The notes below the pieces were generated by a model. That model did not search any database. It was not told where the DNA came from and was given only the letters and a program-made list of their open reading frames with translations. A program made the position numbers and the translations under genes. A stretch of 50,293 bases of DNA from a virus (lineage: Duplodnaviria > Caudoviricetes): the IMG/VR virus record IMGVR_UViG_3300040971_000174, positions 1 through 50,293 of that record. One strand, written 5' to 3'. Below, piece after piece: positions 35,336-44,377 of this stretch (positions are counted from its first letter, which is position 1; each line of letters starts with the position of its first letter).

Positions 35336-37644
35336 TGGCGTTATTTGACGGATTAGCCGCAACGATAGGATCAGCCGTCCGGGCGTTTAACGAAGCCGCC
35401 GGCCACGGTCCTGCGCGCCGGCCCAACTTCCTTGGTGAAACCGCCCGCGAGTACCAGTGGAAGGGCGGCGACATTGGCGACCAAACAGCCGCGGCGCTTC
35501 GGTCGATCCAGAATAGCTGGGTCTACATGATGATCGACCGCAAGGCCAAGGAAAAGAGCGCTGCTCAGCTCTACGTTGTCGACAACCCGACCGGGCTGCC
35601 TGGCGCCGGCTCGGTCATCAATGGGCATGATCTGCTGCGCATCTTCCACAACCCCAATCCGCACATGAGCGGGCAGTTCCTTTCCACCTATATGGATTGG
35701 TGGCTCGATCTGATGGGGAATTGTTACCTGTTCCTGGCTCCGGACGAAGACGGAAACCTGGCCGAGCTCTGGCCCCTGCCGTCTCACCGTGTGGAGGTCG
35801 TGCCCGGAGACGAGAAACGCTTCATCGACTACTACGAGTACACCGCCAACGGCATCATCTACAAAATACCGGCCGAGTACGTTTATCACGAGATGTACGC
35901 GAACCCGTTCGATATGTTTCGCGGCCTGGGTCCGTTGATCGCGGCCATCCTGCCGTCGGACGCCGACAGCGCAATGGCTGAATGGAATGGGGCATTCTTC
36001 GGAGAGAACAACGTCATGCCGTCGAGCGTGATCTCTCTTTCGTCTGGCGAAGCAGGCGTTCCCATTGATCCTTCCGACATCACGGCTCTCAAGGATTCCC
36101 TGACCAACGAATACAAAGCGATCGAGCGCAAGACCGCCATCGTCGGCGCGTTCGATATGAAGGTGGCGCTCCTGGGCTGGTCGGCAAAGGATATGGACTT
36201 TCTTGCCGGCCGACAGTTCACCAAAGAAGAAATTATCCTGATCCTGGGCGGTTTCCCAGGAATGTTTGACAAGAACGCCACAGAAGCGAACGCTACCGTG
36301 GCCGACAACATGTTCAAGGAAAAAACGATCTGGCCGCTCTTGGGCCAGCGCGCCGGAGCAATCACAAATCAAATCCTGCGGCGCTTCTACTCGAAAAGCC
36401 ACGAAGCACGCTATGTGGACATAAGGCCGGTCAACCGGCAAATGAACATCAGTGAATCAGACGCCTCCGTCGGCGTGATGTATATCGACGAGCGCCGCAA
36501 GCGCTTTTGGGGTCTGGCCCCCCTGCCTGACGGCAAGGGCCAGCGCCTGCAAACAGACATGCTTGAGTTTGGCGCGCCCAGCGAGATCCCCGGCGCATCT
36601 GCCCCGATTACGGAAACAAACACGACCTTGCCCAATCCGGCAATGGCTGCCCCCTTGGCCGCCCGCTCTCTGACAGACGACCTGAAAGCCTGGCGCTGGC
36701 GCTCGACCAAGTCCCTTGGGGATGGCCGGAGCCTGACGCTCGACTTCAAATCAGATGTGATCCCAGGGCACCTGAAGGAGACCATCCTGGATGGCCTCGG
36801 AGAAGCCCATAACGAGGGCGATGTAAAGGCAATATTTACGCTCGCCGCCGACAGCGCCCAAAAGGGCATCATTCGCTCATGGCGGCCCTGGTCATCCTTC
36901 GAAGAGCAGTTGCTCGCGGTGACGTCTCAGGCATTGCTGCGCCAGGCCGAAGAACTCGAGAACGCAATCCGCGGATCGGGAACAGCCGACCCGCTCTCAG
37001 ATCCGGTCATGTGGCGCGCGCGCGAAGATGCCATGCGCGAAATGCTCGAACCTGTCTTCCTGCAACTGGCCGCCTTTGGCATTTCTCGCGTCCAGCGCAC
37101 CACCGAGATGCTGGGAGATGGCAGCGTTACCGTCAACTGGAACCTTGTTAACAAGGACGTTGAGAGCTGGGCTCGTCAGCATGCCGGCGAGATGGTCTCC
37201 AATGTCACACGCACCACCCGCGACGCCGTCGCCAACCAGGTTGCAGCCTGGTCGCAAACCGGCGAGGGTGTGGATGGCCTGCTCAAGCGCATCCAGGATA
37301 TGACCCGTGATGACGGCGCGCCCGTTTTCGGCCCGGTACGGGCCGAGATGATCGCCATTACCGAGAGCACGAATGTCTATGCCGGCGCAAATTCGCAGGC
37401 CTGGACGTCGGCAGGTTACGCGCCGGCAGTCTTCAAGCCCGGCGCGCACGTGCGCTGTCGTTGTTATCTGCAACCGTTCAAGATGCCGGATGGCTTACGG
37501 GTGCTTGTTTGGTACACGGCTATGGATGAGAGAGTCTGCACCGACCCGATCACCACACCCTGGGGCCGCGTGGATGGTTGCGCAGCCTTGCACCGCGTTG
37601 TAGTGAGCGAAGGTCCGCACCTGGGAAAGAAGGTATCCAGATGA
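35335..37644 (+). CDS. Portal protein fused to MuF/SPP1 gp7-like minor head domain
   Basis: Portal motifs NPNPHMS, GNCY, ELWPL, GLGPL, KDMDF; C-terminal RAEMIAITES, HVRCRC, WYTAMDERVC. Confidence 0.9.
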   Translation: MALFDGLAATIGSAVRAFNEAAGHGPARRPNFLGETAREYQWKGGDIGDQTAAALRSIQNSWVYMMIDRKAKEKSAAQLYVVDNPTGLPGAGSVINGHDLLRIFHNPNPHMSGQFLSTYMDWWLDLMGNCYLFLAPDEDGNLAELWPLPSHRVEVVPGDEKRFIDYYEYTANGIIYKIPAEYVYHEMYANPFDMFRGLGPLIAAILPSDADSAMAEWNGAFFGENNVMPSSVISLSSGEAGVPIDPSDITALKDSLTNEYKAIERKTAIVGAFDMKVALLGWSAKDMDFLAGRQFTKEEIILILGGFPGMFDKNATEANATVADNMFKEKTIWPLLGQRAGAITNQILRRFYSKSHEARYVDIRPVNRQMNISESDASVGVMYIDERRKRFWGLAPLPDGKGQRLQTDMLEFGAPSEIPGASAPITETNTTLPNPAMAAPLAARSLTDDLKAWRWRSTKSLGDGRSLTLDFKSDVIPGHLKETILDGLGEAHNEGDVKAIFTLAADSAQKGIIRSWRPWSSFEEQLLAVTSQALLRQAEELENAIRGSGTADPLSDPVMWRAREDAMREMLEPVFLQLAAFGISRVQRTTEMLGDGSVTVNWNLVNKDVESWARQHAGEMVSNVTRTTRDAVANQVAAWSQTGEGVDGLLKRIQDMTRDDGAPVFGPVRAEMIAITESTNVYAGANSQAWTSAGYAPAVFKPGAHVRCRCYLQPFKMPDGLRVLVWYTAMDERVCTDPITTPWGRVDGCAALHRVVVSEGPHLGKKVSR

Positions 37645-38192
37645 GCGAATACCAATCCATCCAGGATGCCATCAAGTTCCTTGAGCGCTTCCCCGAGATT
37701 GCGCTCGAGGTAGCTGAGCCGGCAATGGAGAATGCGCTGATCTTCCTGCACGGCCAATTGCCGGAATATCCGCCCCCGCCGGCAGCTTCTCCGGACGGCG
37801 TCTCGTTTATGACAGACAAGCAGCGCGCCTGGTTTTTCGCGGCAGTCAAACGCGGAGATGTGCCAGGCTGGCGCCAGGGCGCAGCGGGACCGGAAAAAGT
37901 CGGCTCCGCGCGCACCGGAAATCTCGGGCGCAAATTCACAGAAGCGGTCGAGCGCACAGACGCCGGGGTCTTTGGCCAGCTTGGAACAAACGTTCCATAT
38001 GCGCCCTGGGTTGTCGGCCCGGATTACCCCGGAGAAACGATCAACGGCAAGACCATGTACCAGGCGCGCATCCACCAGAACCGCTGGTGGCAGTTCTACG
38101 CCGTGATGAGCGAGAACATGGAAAAGACCTGGGAAGAATTCGAAGAAAGTTTCTGGCCAATATTCCTGGCCAGGATCGGAGGTGCTGTATGA
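37641..38192 (+). CDS. HK97 gp10-like morphogenesis protein
   Basis: RTGNLGRK...GTNVPYAPWV. Confidence 0.7.
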   Translation: MSEYQSIQDAIKFLERFPEIALEVAEPAMENALIFLHGQLPEYPPPPAASPDGVSFMTDKQRAWFFAAVKRGDVPGWRQGAAGPEKVGSARTGNLGRKFTEAVERTDAGVFGQLGTNVPYAPWVVGPDYPGETINGKTMYQARIHQNRWWQFYAVMSENMEKTWEEFEESFWPIFLARIGGAV

Positions 38193-40330
38193 CAACCAAT
38201 GCCCTGAAGGCGCTCTCGAAGACAGACGACGAGCTGCGCGTCGGAAATTACATTGTTCTTTTCGGGGGCCGCGACCTGGAGTTTGTCCAATCTGGCCCCA
38301 ATCCGGACAAGAGCCTCGGCACGCGCTTCGCGCCAGATGTCGAAATTGAGAGCGAATACACCCAGGCCGGCCGGCTGCCCATCGGTTTCGAACACGGCAA
38401 AGACCCCGTTGTTGGGGGCAAAGCCCTGGGATGGGTCGACTGGTCGACGGCAACCCGCGACGAAAAAGGCGTGTTCGTCGAACGCGTCCTGAACCGGCGC
38501 GAGAAGTACGTGCAATTTGTGGAAGAGCTGATCGAGGCCGGCCTGATCGGAACATCGTCCGAGGCCATACCGGACAATATCAAGGCCCTCGCCGACGGCA
38601 CGATTATTTCGTGGCCGCTCAAGGGCGACACCCTGACGGTCTCCCCGGTCGAGCCGCGCATGATGGCCGAGTTTGGCGAGAACCACCTGCGGGCCTTCAA
38701 GGCCCTTGCTGAAGAAGTCCCAGCGGCCAAAGCGCTGCTGAGTCTATTACCGAACGGCGATAACACCGATAGCAGCAAAGGGAGCGCGCGCGAAGGCGGC
38801 TCCGCTGATGCGGGCAATGCGCCGGCAAACCAACCCACCCCCAAAAAGTCTTTCACGAAGGAGAAAGCTATGAACTTGATGGATGTCATCAAACAATTGG
38901 TGCCGGGCTTGGCTGATGAACAGTATCAGCAGCTCGCCGCCGTCCTTTCGCTGGCCGGCCACGTTACCCCGGAAGCCGCCAGTGAAAAAACCGTTGAAGG
39001 CGGCGACCAGCCGACCGACGAATCCATGCGCGCGCTCGACCTGCAAAAGTTGACCAGCGACATCAAGGCTCTTGGTTACACCATCGGCGCCCCTGGCGCT
39101 GCGGTGCGCCCCGGTCCTGCCGTTGTGCGCCCCGTGTTCGAAACCCGCCCCGCGCCGGCCGCCAGTGAGCCCGCTGCGAACAAGAGCTTCGAAGCCGCTT
39201 ACTTCCTGCGCTACGGCGAAGAGTCCGAGGCCCACAAGGCCATCATGACCGATTACATCGGCAAGGACTACCGCCAGCTCATCCACGAGCAGAACGTGGC
39301 CTATGGCCGCTATCTGCGTGGTGGTGATCGCGCCCTGGACGCCGCCGGCATCAAGGCCCTGAGCACCCTGTACTTCCCAACCGACGCGGTTATCGCTGCG
39401 GTCAAGGAAGGCTCAAGCGTGGGCGCGATCAAGGCGACCCAGGTCGAAGCCGTCGGCGAACTGGGCGGCTTCGCTGTCCCCCCGAACGTTCAAAGCGAGA
39501 TCTCCCGCCGGGCTGTCGGCCTGAGCGCTGTGCGCGGCTCTGGCGCCCGTGTGGTGCAGCTCGTCAACTCGAACGGTATCGAAATCCCGCTCTGGCGTGG
39601 CAACTCATCCCAGTATATGGGTGTGCTGCGCGGCGCCTGGGGCAATGAAACCAAGGCCCCAGGCGAGAAAAACTTCAAGATGGATCTCGAGCTTGTCATG
39701 GCCCACATCTACACCTACAAGGTGCCGATGTCCCAGTCCCTGCTCGAAGACGCCGCCAACGTTGTGACCCTGGTCAACGAGGACATCGCGACGACCAAAA
39801 CAATGGATGAGGACATCGCCTTCCTGATCGGGTCCGGCGCCGGCCGGCCGCGCGGCATCCTGCCCAACTCGACCAATACCGACGCCTTGACCGAAGTGCT
39901 TTCCGGGGCTGCGTCCACACTGACCGCGACCGGCATCAACGGTCTCAAGCGTGGCGTGCCCAGCCAGTACCGCGACAAGGCCAAGACGGTCTTCGTCGGC
40001 AACTCCGACACCTTCGGCGCCATCGAAGGCTTGACGGTTGGCGGCGGGAACCTGAACTGGGCATTTCCCGAACTGATCGAGCGCGACGAAATTCGCGGCT
40101 TCAAGACATTCGAGCAGGAAAGCCTGCCGGACGTCGCCGGGGCTGCCTATCCGCTGTTGTTCTGCAACATGGGCGGATACACCATCGTCGAGCGCCTCGG
40201 TATGACCATCCAGCGCTTCCAGGACTCGAACACCGGCCCCAACAAGGTCGAGTTCCACGTCCGGGCTCGCATCGGTGGCCGCATCGAGAAACCCTGGATG
40301 TTCGCTGTCCAGAAGGTCGGCACTTCCTAA
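38189..40330 (+). CDS. Prohead protease / HK97-fold major capsid fusion
   Basis: Protease GRDL...FEHG...GTSSEA...TVSPVEPR; capsid GGFAVP, FLIGSGAGRPRGIL, RIGGRI. Confidence 0.9.
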   Translation: MTTNALKALSKTDDELRVGNYIVLFGGRDLEFVQSGPNPDKSLGTRFAPDVEIESEYTQAGRLPIGFEHGKDPVVGGKALGWVDWSTATRDEKGVFVERVLNRREKYVQFVEELIEAGLIGTSSEAIPDNIKALADGTIISWPLKGDTLTVSPVEPRMMAEFGENHLRAFKALAEEVPAAKALLSLLPNGDNTDSSKGSAREGGSADAGNAPANQPTPKKSFTKEKAMNLMDVIKQLVPGLADEQYQQLAAVLSLAGHVTPEAASEKTVEGGDQPTDESMRALDLQKLTSDIKALGYTIGAPGAAVRPGPAVVRPVFETRPAPAASEPAANKSFEAAYFLRYGEESEAHKAIMTDYIGKDYRQLIHEQNVAYGRYLRGGDRALDAAGIKALSTLYFPTDAVIAAVKEGSSVGAIKATQVEAVGELGGFAVPPNVQSEISRRAVGLSAVRGSGARVVQLVNSNGIEIPLWRGNSSQYMGVLRGAWGNETKAPGEKNFKMDLELVMAHIYTYKVPMSQSLLEDAANVVTLVNEDIATTKTMDEDIAFLIGSGAGRPRGILPNSTNTDALTEVLSGAASTLTATGINGLKRGVPSQYRDKAKTVFVGNSDTFGAIEGLTVGGGNLNWAFPELIERDEIRGFKTFEQESLPDVAGAAYPLLFCNMGGYTIVERLGMTIQRFQDSNTGPNKVEFHVRARIGGRIEKPWMFAVQKVGTS

Positions 40331-40406
40331 TTAGTCCCCTGTGGGCCGGGTGAGTGATCGCCCGGCCCAGCAGAACTACACCTGCTTAATTGCAAAGGAG
40401 CAAAAC

Positions 40407-40850
40407 ATGTTCAACCAGCTTTTTTCCGAAGCCGTCCTGATCAAGCAACTGAATGTCGAAGATGACATCGAAGTTGCTGCCTATCCTGCCAGCGGCAGCT
40501 ATATCGACGTCAGCAACTTCGAACGCTGCGCGTTCCTGATCGGCGCCGGTGCGCTCGACAGCGAGCTGACCTTCAAAGTCCGGCAGGCGACCGCCAACAA
40601 CGGCACCCTGAAGGACCTGACCGACGCCGTTGTTGTTGTTCCCGCCGACGGGGACGACAAGTGGTACATGGTCGAGTTCCAGGTTGACCAACTGGACACC
40701 GACAATGGTTATCGCTTTGTCACCCTGTCCGCAACCGGCGCTGCCGGAACCAACGACTATGCCGCGATTTTCTTCTTCGGCCTGAACCCTGGCATGCGCC
40801 CGGTAACCCAAGGCGCCGACAAGGGCGAAGTCGTTTACGTCGCCGGCTAG
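40407..40850 (+). CDS. Head decoration/accessory protein
   Basis: RBS AAGGAG; beta-rich; follows the capsid gene. Confidence 0.65.
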   Translation: MFNQLFSEAVLIKQLNVEDDIEVAAYPASGSYIDVSNFERCAFLIGAGALDSELTFKVRQATANNGTLKDLTDAVVVVPADGDDKWYMVEFQVDQLDTDNGYRFVTLSATGAAGTNDYAAIFFFGLNPGMRPVTQGADKGEVVYVAG

Positions 40851-40904
40851 TGACATATCCACTAACGGGAGGGTGGGAAACCGCCCTCCCCAAGGAGATA
40901 ACCG

Positions 40905-41159
40905 ATGAAACTTAAAATTCGTGTCGCCGGGCGCTACAACAATGCCCAGCACCGCGCGGGAAACTACGACGAAGGCGAAACGCTCGACACCGCCCAGGAA
41001 TATGGACAGATTCTGGTAGACGAAGGCTTTGCCGAAGAGATCCAGGATCTCGAGGCCGACGCTGATGAATCTGATGACCAGGAAGGCGCCAAGAAAAAGA
41101 AAGCACCCGCCACGCGCCAATCCAAATCCCGCGTCAATCCGTTCAAGCCGGAAGGGTAA
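40905..41159 (+). CDS. Small head-associated protein
   Basis: RBS AAGGAG; GETLD...LVDEGFAEE. Confidence 0.65.
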   Translation: MKLKIRVAGRYNNAQHRAGNYDEGETLDTAQEYGQILVDEGFAEEIQDLEADADESDDQEGAKKKKAPATRQSKSRVNPFKPEG

Positions 41160-41161
41160 CC

Positions 41162-41368
41162 ATGCCGAGCCCCATCGTCAAATACTTCGCCTACGAACAC
41201 CTGCCGGCGCACTTGCAGGAAGTCAGCAAGCCGCTCGGCGACCTGGCGCGCCAGATGGATGCAAAGCTCCCCGACGGAGCTGAGAAGTCTGCCGGCCTGC
41301 GCAAGCTGCTCGAGGCCAAAGATTGTTTTGTGCGCTCCGCCCTTGATATCCAAGGCGATCGGACCTAA
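41162..41368 (+). CDS. Helical-hairpin protein, Acb2/Tad1-hairpin-like (tentative)
   Basis: YFAYEHLP...LPDGAEKSAGLRKLLEAKDCFVRS. Confidence 0.5.
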   Translation: MPSPIVKYFAYEHLPAHLQEVSKPLGDLARQMDAKLPDGAEKSAGLRKLLEAKDCFVRSALDIQGDRT

Positions 41369-41371
41369 CCC

Positions 41372-42271
41372 ATGAACTACGCAACCCTGTACGAGGTAAA
41401 GCAGTCCCTAGAGCTGCTCGCGAACAGCGATCACGACGCGCTCCTGACCAAGTATTTAAACTGGTCATCCCGCCTGATCGAGAACTACAAAGACCGCCGC
41501 TATGACGTGCGCTACGAAACCATCGCACATGATGCGCCACTTAGGGCGCGCGGCGAGTTTGGCGTTTTCGATCGTGCTTTTATGCGGGGAGACACCACTC
41601 GTCCGCTGATCCTGCTCGACGACCTGCTCCAGATGGACACGCTGACCAATGGCGATGGCGAAGAGATTGTGTCCACGGACTACATTCTGGAGCCAGTCCG
41701 CCGAACACCTAAAAGCGTGATCAACCTGTTGAACAACGAATACTGGGTTGCGGACGACGACGGCAATGTACGCGGCGCGATCTCGGTCGCCGGCTGGTGG
41801 GGCTACCACAGCAGCTATCAGAGTGCTTGGGTCGACAGCCTGGCCACGGTCCTGGATAACCCGCTTACGCTGGCCAGCACCGCCATTACTGTCGGCGCGA
41901 TATCAGGCGCGGCCGCGGACCTGGAAAGCCCGCGCTTTCAGACCGGGCAATTGCTGCGCATCGAAGACGAGCTTATCTACCTGGTGCAGACCACGGAAGT
42001 GGAGAGCGCAAACGACACTCTTACGGTGGTGCGCGGCTACAACGGCTCTACGGCCGCACAGCATGCCGCCGGCGCAAAGATCGAAATCTTTCGCCCTGAG
42101 GGCTTTGTCGTCCAGGCCTGCGAGCGCCTGGTGCACTGGCGCTACAAACAGCGTGACACGGACGGCTTCGATAAAACCTATGTGGCCGGCACGGGCGTTG
42201 TCTCGGTGCCTGCTGCCCTTCCAGCCGACGTGCGCGACATCCTGGGCGCGAAAGGCAGGCCCTCACTATGA
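41372..42271 (+). CDS. Head-tail adaptor with inserted beta domain
   Basis: YATLYEVK...SRLIE, GWWGY, VVQACERLVHWRYK, LPADVRDIL. Confidence 0.8.
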   Translation: MNYATLYEVKQSLELLANSDHDALLTKYLNWSSRLIENYKDRRYDVRYETIAHDAPLRARGEFGVFDRAFMRGDTTRPLILLDDLLQMDTLTNGDGEEIVSTDYILEPVRRTPKSVINLLNNEYWVADDDGNVRGAISVAGWWGYHSSYQSAWVDSLATVLDNPLTLASTAITVGAISGAAADLESPRFQTGQLLRIEDELIYLVQTTEVESANDTLTVVRGYNGSTAAQHAAGAKIEIFRPEGFVVQACERLVHWRYKQRDTDGFDKTYVAGTGVVSVPAALPADVRDILGAKGRPSL

Positions 42272-42723
42272 CCGCGACCGGGATGGTTGACAAAATCTCT
42301 GACGCCCTGGCCGCGAGCGGCCTTGGCGTTGCCGGTATCAAGCTGGCCAGTGATCCGCCGCCGGCGAACCCCCAGTCGGCGAACCTGCCGCTCCTGTATG
42401 TCCTGTCGGGTCCGGCAAGTCACAACGACGGCGAACAGATCGTCGAAGTCACCCGTACCTTTCGGGTGCAGGTGGCGGTCATCCCGACCGGCCTGGGCGA
42501 CCCGAACACGCGCGAGAAAACCTGCCGGCCCCTGCTCGACGCGGTCACCGAGAAATACCGCTCTTATTACCGCCTGGCCTCAGTTGATTTCGTTGAGCGC
42601 ATTCGCCTGGTGCGCGACTCGGGCATTGTTGTTCTGCCTGAGTATGGCTACAAATACATAGGCTTCGAGTTGCAGATCGAAGTTGTGTACTTCGCTCCTC
42701 GTTCCTTCACATCCGGAGAATAA
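42268..42723 (+). CDS. Tail completion/terminator protein
   Basis: Position before the tail tube gene; size and beta pattern. Confidence 0.65.
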   Translation: MTATGMVDKISDALAASGLGVAGIKLASDPPPANPQSANLPLLYVLSGPASHNDGEQIVEVTRTFRVQVAVIPTGLGDPNTREKTCRPLLDAVTEKYRSYYRLASVDFVERIRLVRDSGIVVLPEYGYKYIGFELQIEVVYFAPRSFTSGE

Positions 42724-42725
42724 GC

Positions 42726-42890
42726 ATGAACAAGAAGTGTCCCACCTGTGGCAAGGACTTGCCTCCCATCCAGGAGCCAGACGGCTCCACTCGCTACGAA
42801 TGCACCTGCGTCATCGGACGCACTCACACCGTTTTGCACATCATTCCCTCGACCGACAAAGTCGCCGAGAAACCCGCCAAGGAGAAATAA
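42726..42890 (+). CDS. 54-aa zinc-ribbon protein
   Basis: MNKKCPTCGK...YECTC; RBS GGAG. Confidence 0.55.
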   Translation: MNKKCPTCGKDLPPIQEPDGSTRYECTCVIGRTHTVLHIIPSTDKVAEKPAKEK

Positions 42891-43700
42891 ATGACCGCTC
42901 CTACCGAACGAACCATGAACTATGGTCTGCGCTATGCCGTTGTGTTTGAGCTGAACACGAACGGCACCCCAAAGGGCGCCGACGACGTTGCCTATGACGG
43001 CCTGCAAATTCAGGGGTCGACCGCTTTCGAACTCACCATCCCGGACAGCCGGCAGCTCACCGGTCTGGGCGAAGACGGCATTACCCAGGTTGTCTTCCTG
43101 CCGCCGAACGAAGGAGCGTCGGCCCGTCTGAACGTTGAAGCCGCCGACCCGAATGTCTCCAAGCTGCTCGACAACACCCTGATCGAAACCCTCGGCGAAG
43201 CTTCGCTGATGGGTCTCGCCACCGATCGCCAGGGCTTCGAGCCCCAGGTCGCCCTGATGGTCTACCAGGCCGCGCGCGGCTTGCTGACTGGGAAAACATA
43301 CTGGCACAGTTTTATCATGCCGTCGGCGCAGGTTGTGCGCAAGTCCGGCGGAATGAACGCCGACAAGGCTGTGACCACCTATCAGATCGCCCCCAACCGG
43401 GTCAACAAGCACCTGTGGGGCACGCCGTTCAGCCTCGCAACGCAGGGCTATCTCTCGACCCAAATCGTGGAGGCCTGGAGCAATTATCCGCTGCGCATCT
43501 CTGCGTTCCTGGGCGACAACACAGATACGGTCTTTGCCTTCCCGACCAATGCCCAGGCGATCCAGACCACGGGCATCAAGGTTTGGGTCGACGACGTTCT
43601 GGTTACCACGGGGCTGACCCTGGCCACCACCGGCGTCACCTTCGGCACAGCGCCGGCAGCCGGCGCCCGGATCGTCATCTTGCGCGAAACCGCTGGGTAA
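42891..43700 (+). CDS. Major tail (tube) protein with C-terminal Ig-like extension
   Basis: Position; C-terminal VWVDDV...VTFGTAPAAGARI. Confidence 0.8.
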   Translation: MTAPTERTMNYGLRYAVVFELNTNGTPKGADDVAYDGLQIQGSTAFELTIPDSRQLTGLGEDGITQVVFLPPNEGASARLNVEAADPNVSKLLDNTLIETLGEASLMGLATDRQGFEPQVALMVYQAARGLLTGKTYWHSFIMPSAQVVRKSGGMNADKAVTTYQIAPNRVNKHLWGTPFSLATQGYLSTQIVEAWSNYPLRISAFLGDNTDTVFAFPTNAQAIQTTGIKVWVDDVLVTTGLTLATTGVTFGTAPAAGARIVILRETAG

Positions 43701-43703
43701 CCC

Positions 43704-44087
43704 ATGACTAAACATCTGTCAAATAAATATCTGTCAACAGACAGTCTCACCAAGACCGTCGGCGGTGTCGCAGTGCGCTTAACCGTGCGCTGTGCCACCG
43801 TCGGCGATGGTATGCGCCGCGGCATGCTGGCCGGTATGGCATCACGGGAGCCGCTAAAAGATAGCGCTGACCAAACCGTTGCCATTGTCATCTACCCGCG
43901 CTGTGTGGCCGTCTCAGACGGCGTGGTCGTTATCGGTGGCAAGGAAATTCCCGTCAACGAGCTCACGCCGGCGGAATTCGTTGCCCTGCCTGAGCAGATC
44001 GGCAATGTCTGGTTCGAGATGGTGATCGAGAAAAACCCGCACTGGGATCTATCGGACGATAAGGATGACGCCGAAAAAAAAGGCTAG
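43704..44087 (+). CDS. Tail assembly chaperone (gpG-like)
   Basis: Lies between tube and TMP; ends in GAA AAA AAA GGC TAG. Confidence 0.8.
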   Translation: MTKHLSNKYLSTDSLTKTVGGVAVRLTVRCATVGDGMRRGMLAGMASREPLKDSADQTVAIVIYPRCVAVSDGVVVIGGKEIPVNELTPAEFVALPEQIGNVWFEMVIEKNPHWDLSDDKDDAEKKG

Positions 44088-44377
44088 AGGTCGTCCGTGA
44101 TCTTTATCAGTATTACTGCTCGCCTGAAGACAACGGCGACTTCCCGGACGACCAGTTCGGCCTCGGCGGAATACCAGCCGACACACTCGACGAAGCATCC
44201 GAAATCCTGATCTTCCTCGAAGCCATCAATTGGCGATGGGACATCCTGACCATCAAAAAACAGCCAGAGTCGTTGTTTCGGGCGGTTCTGCGTCTCAAGG
44301 TAGCTGGAGAAAAACTGCGCCGACAGGAAGAGATAGCAAAAAATGGACGAAAACAAAACAATCCAGCTAATCCTTAA
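44075..44377 (+). CDS. -1 frameshift extension (gpGT-like)
   Basis: Slippery A AAA AAA at 44075-44081. The -1 frame is open for 98 codons (RLEVVRDLYQYY...NPANP) to TAA 44377. Confidence 0.8.
   Translation, partial: KKRLEVVRDLYQYYCSPEDNGDFPDDQFGLGGIPADTLDEASEILIFLEAINWRWDILTIKKQPESLFRAVLRLKVAGEKLRRQEEIAKNGRKQNNPANP

Noticed and set aside
35371-43715. Long minus-strand ORFs (35371-36441, 37464-38555, 42648-43715 and others)
   Set aside because: Antisense shadows of high-GC structural genes with no motifs.
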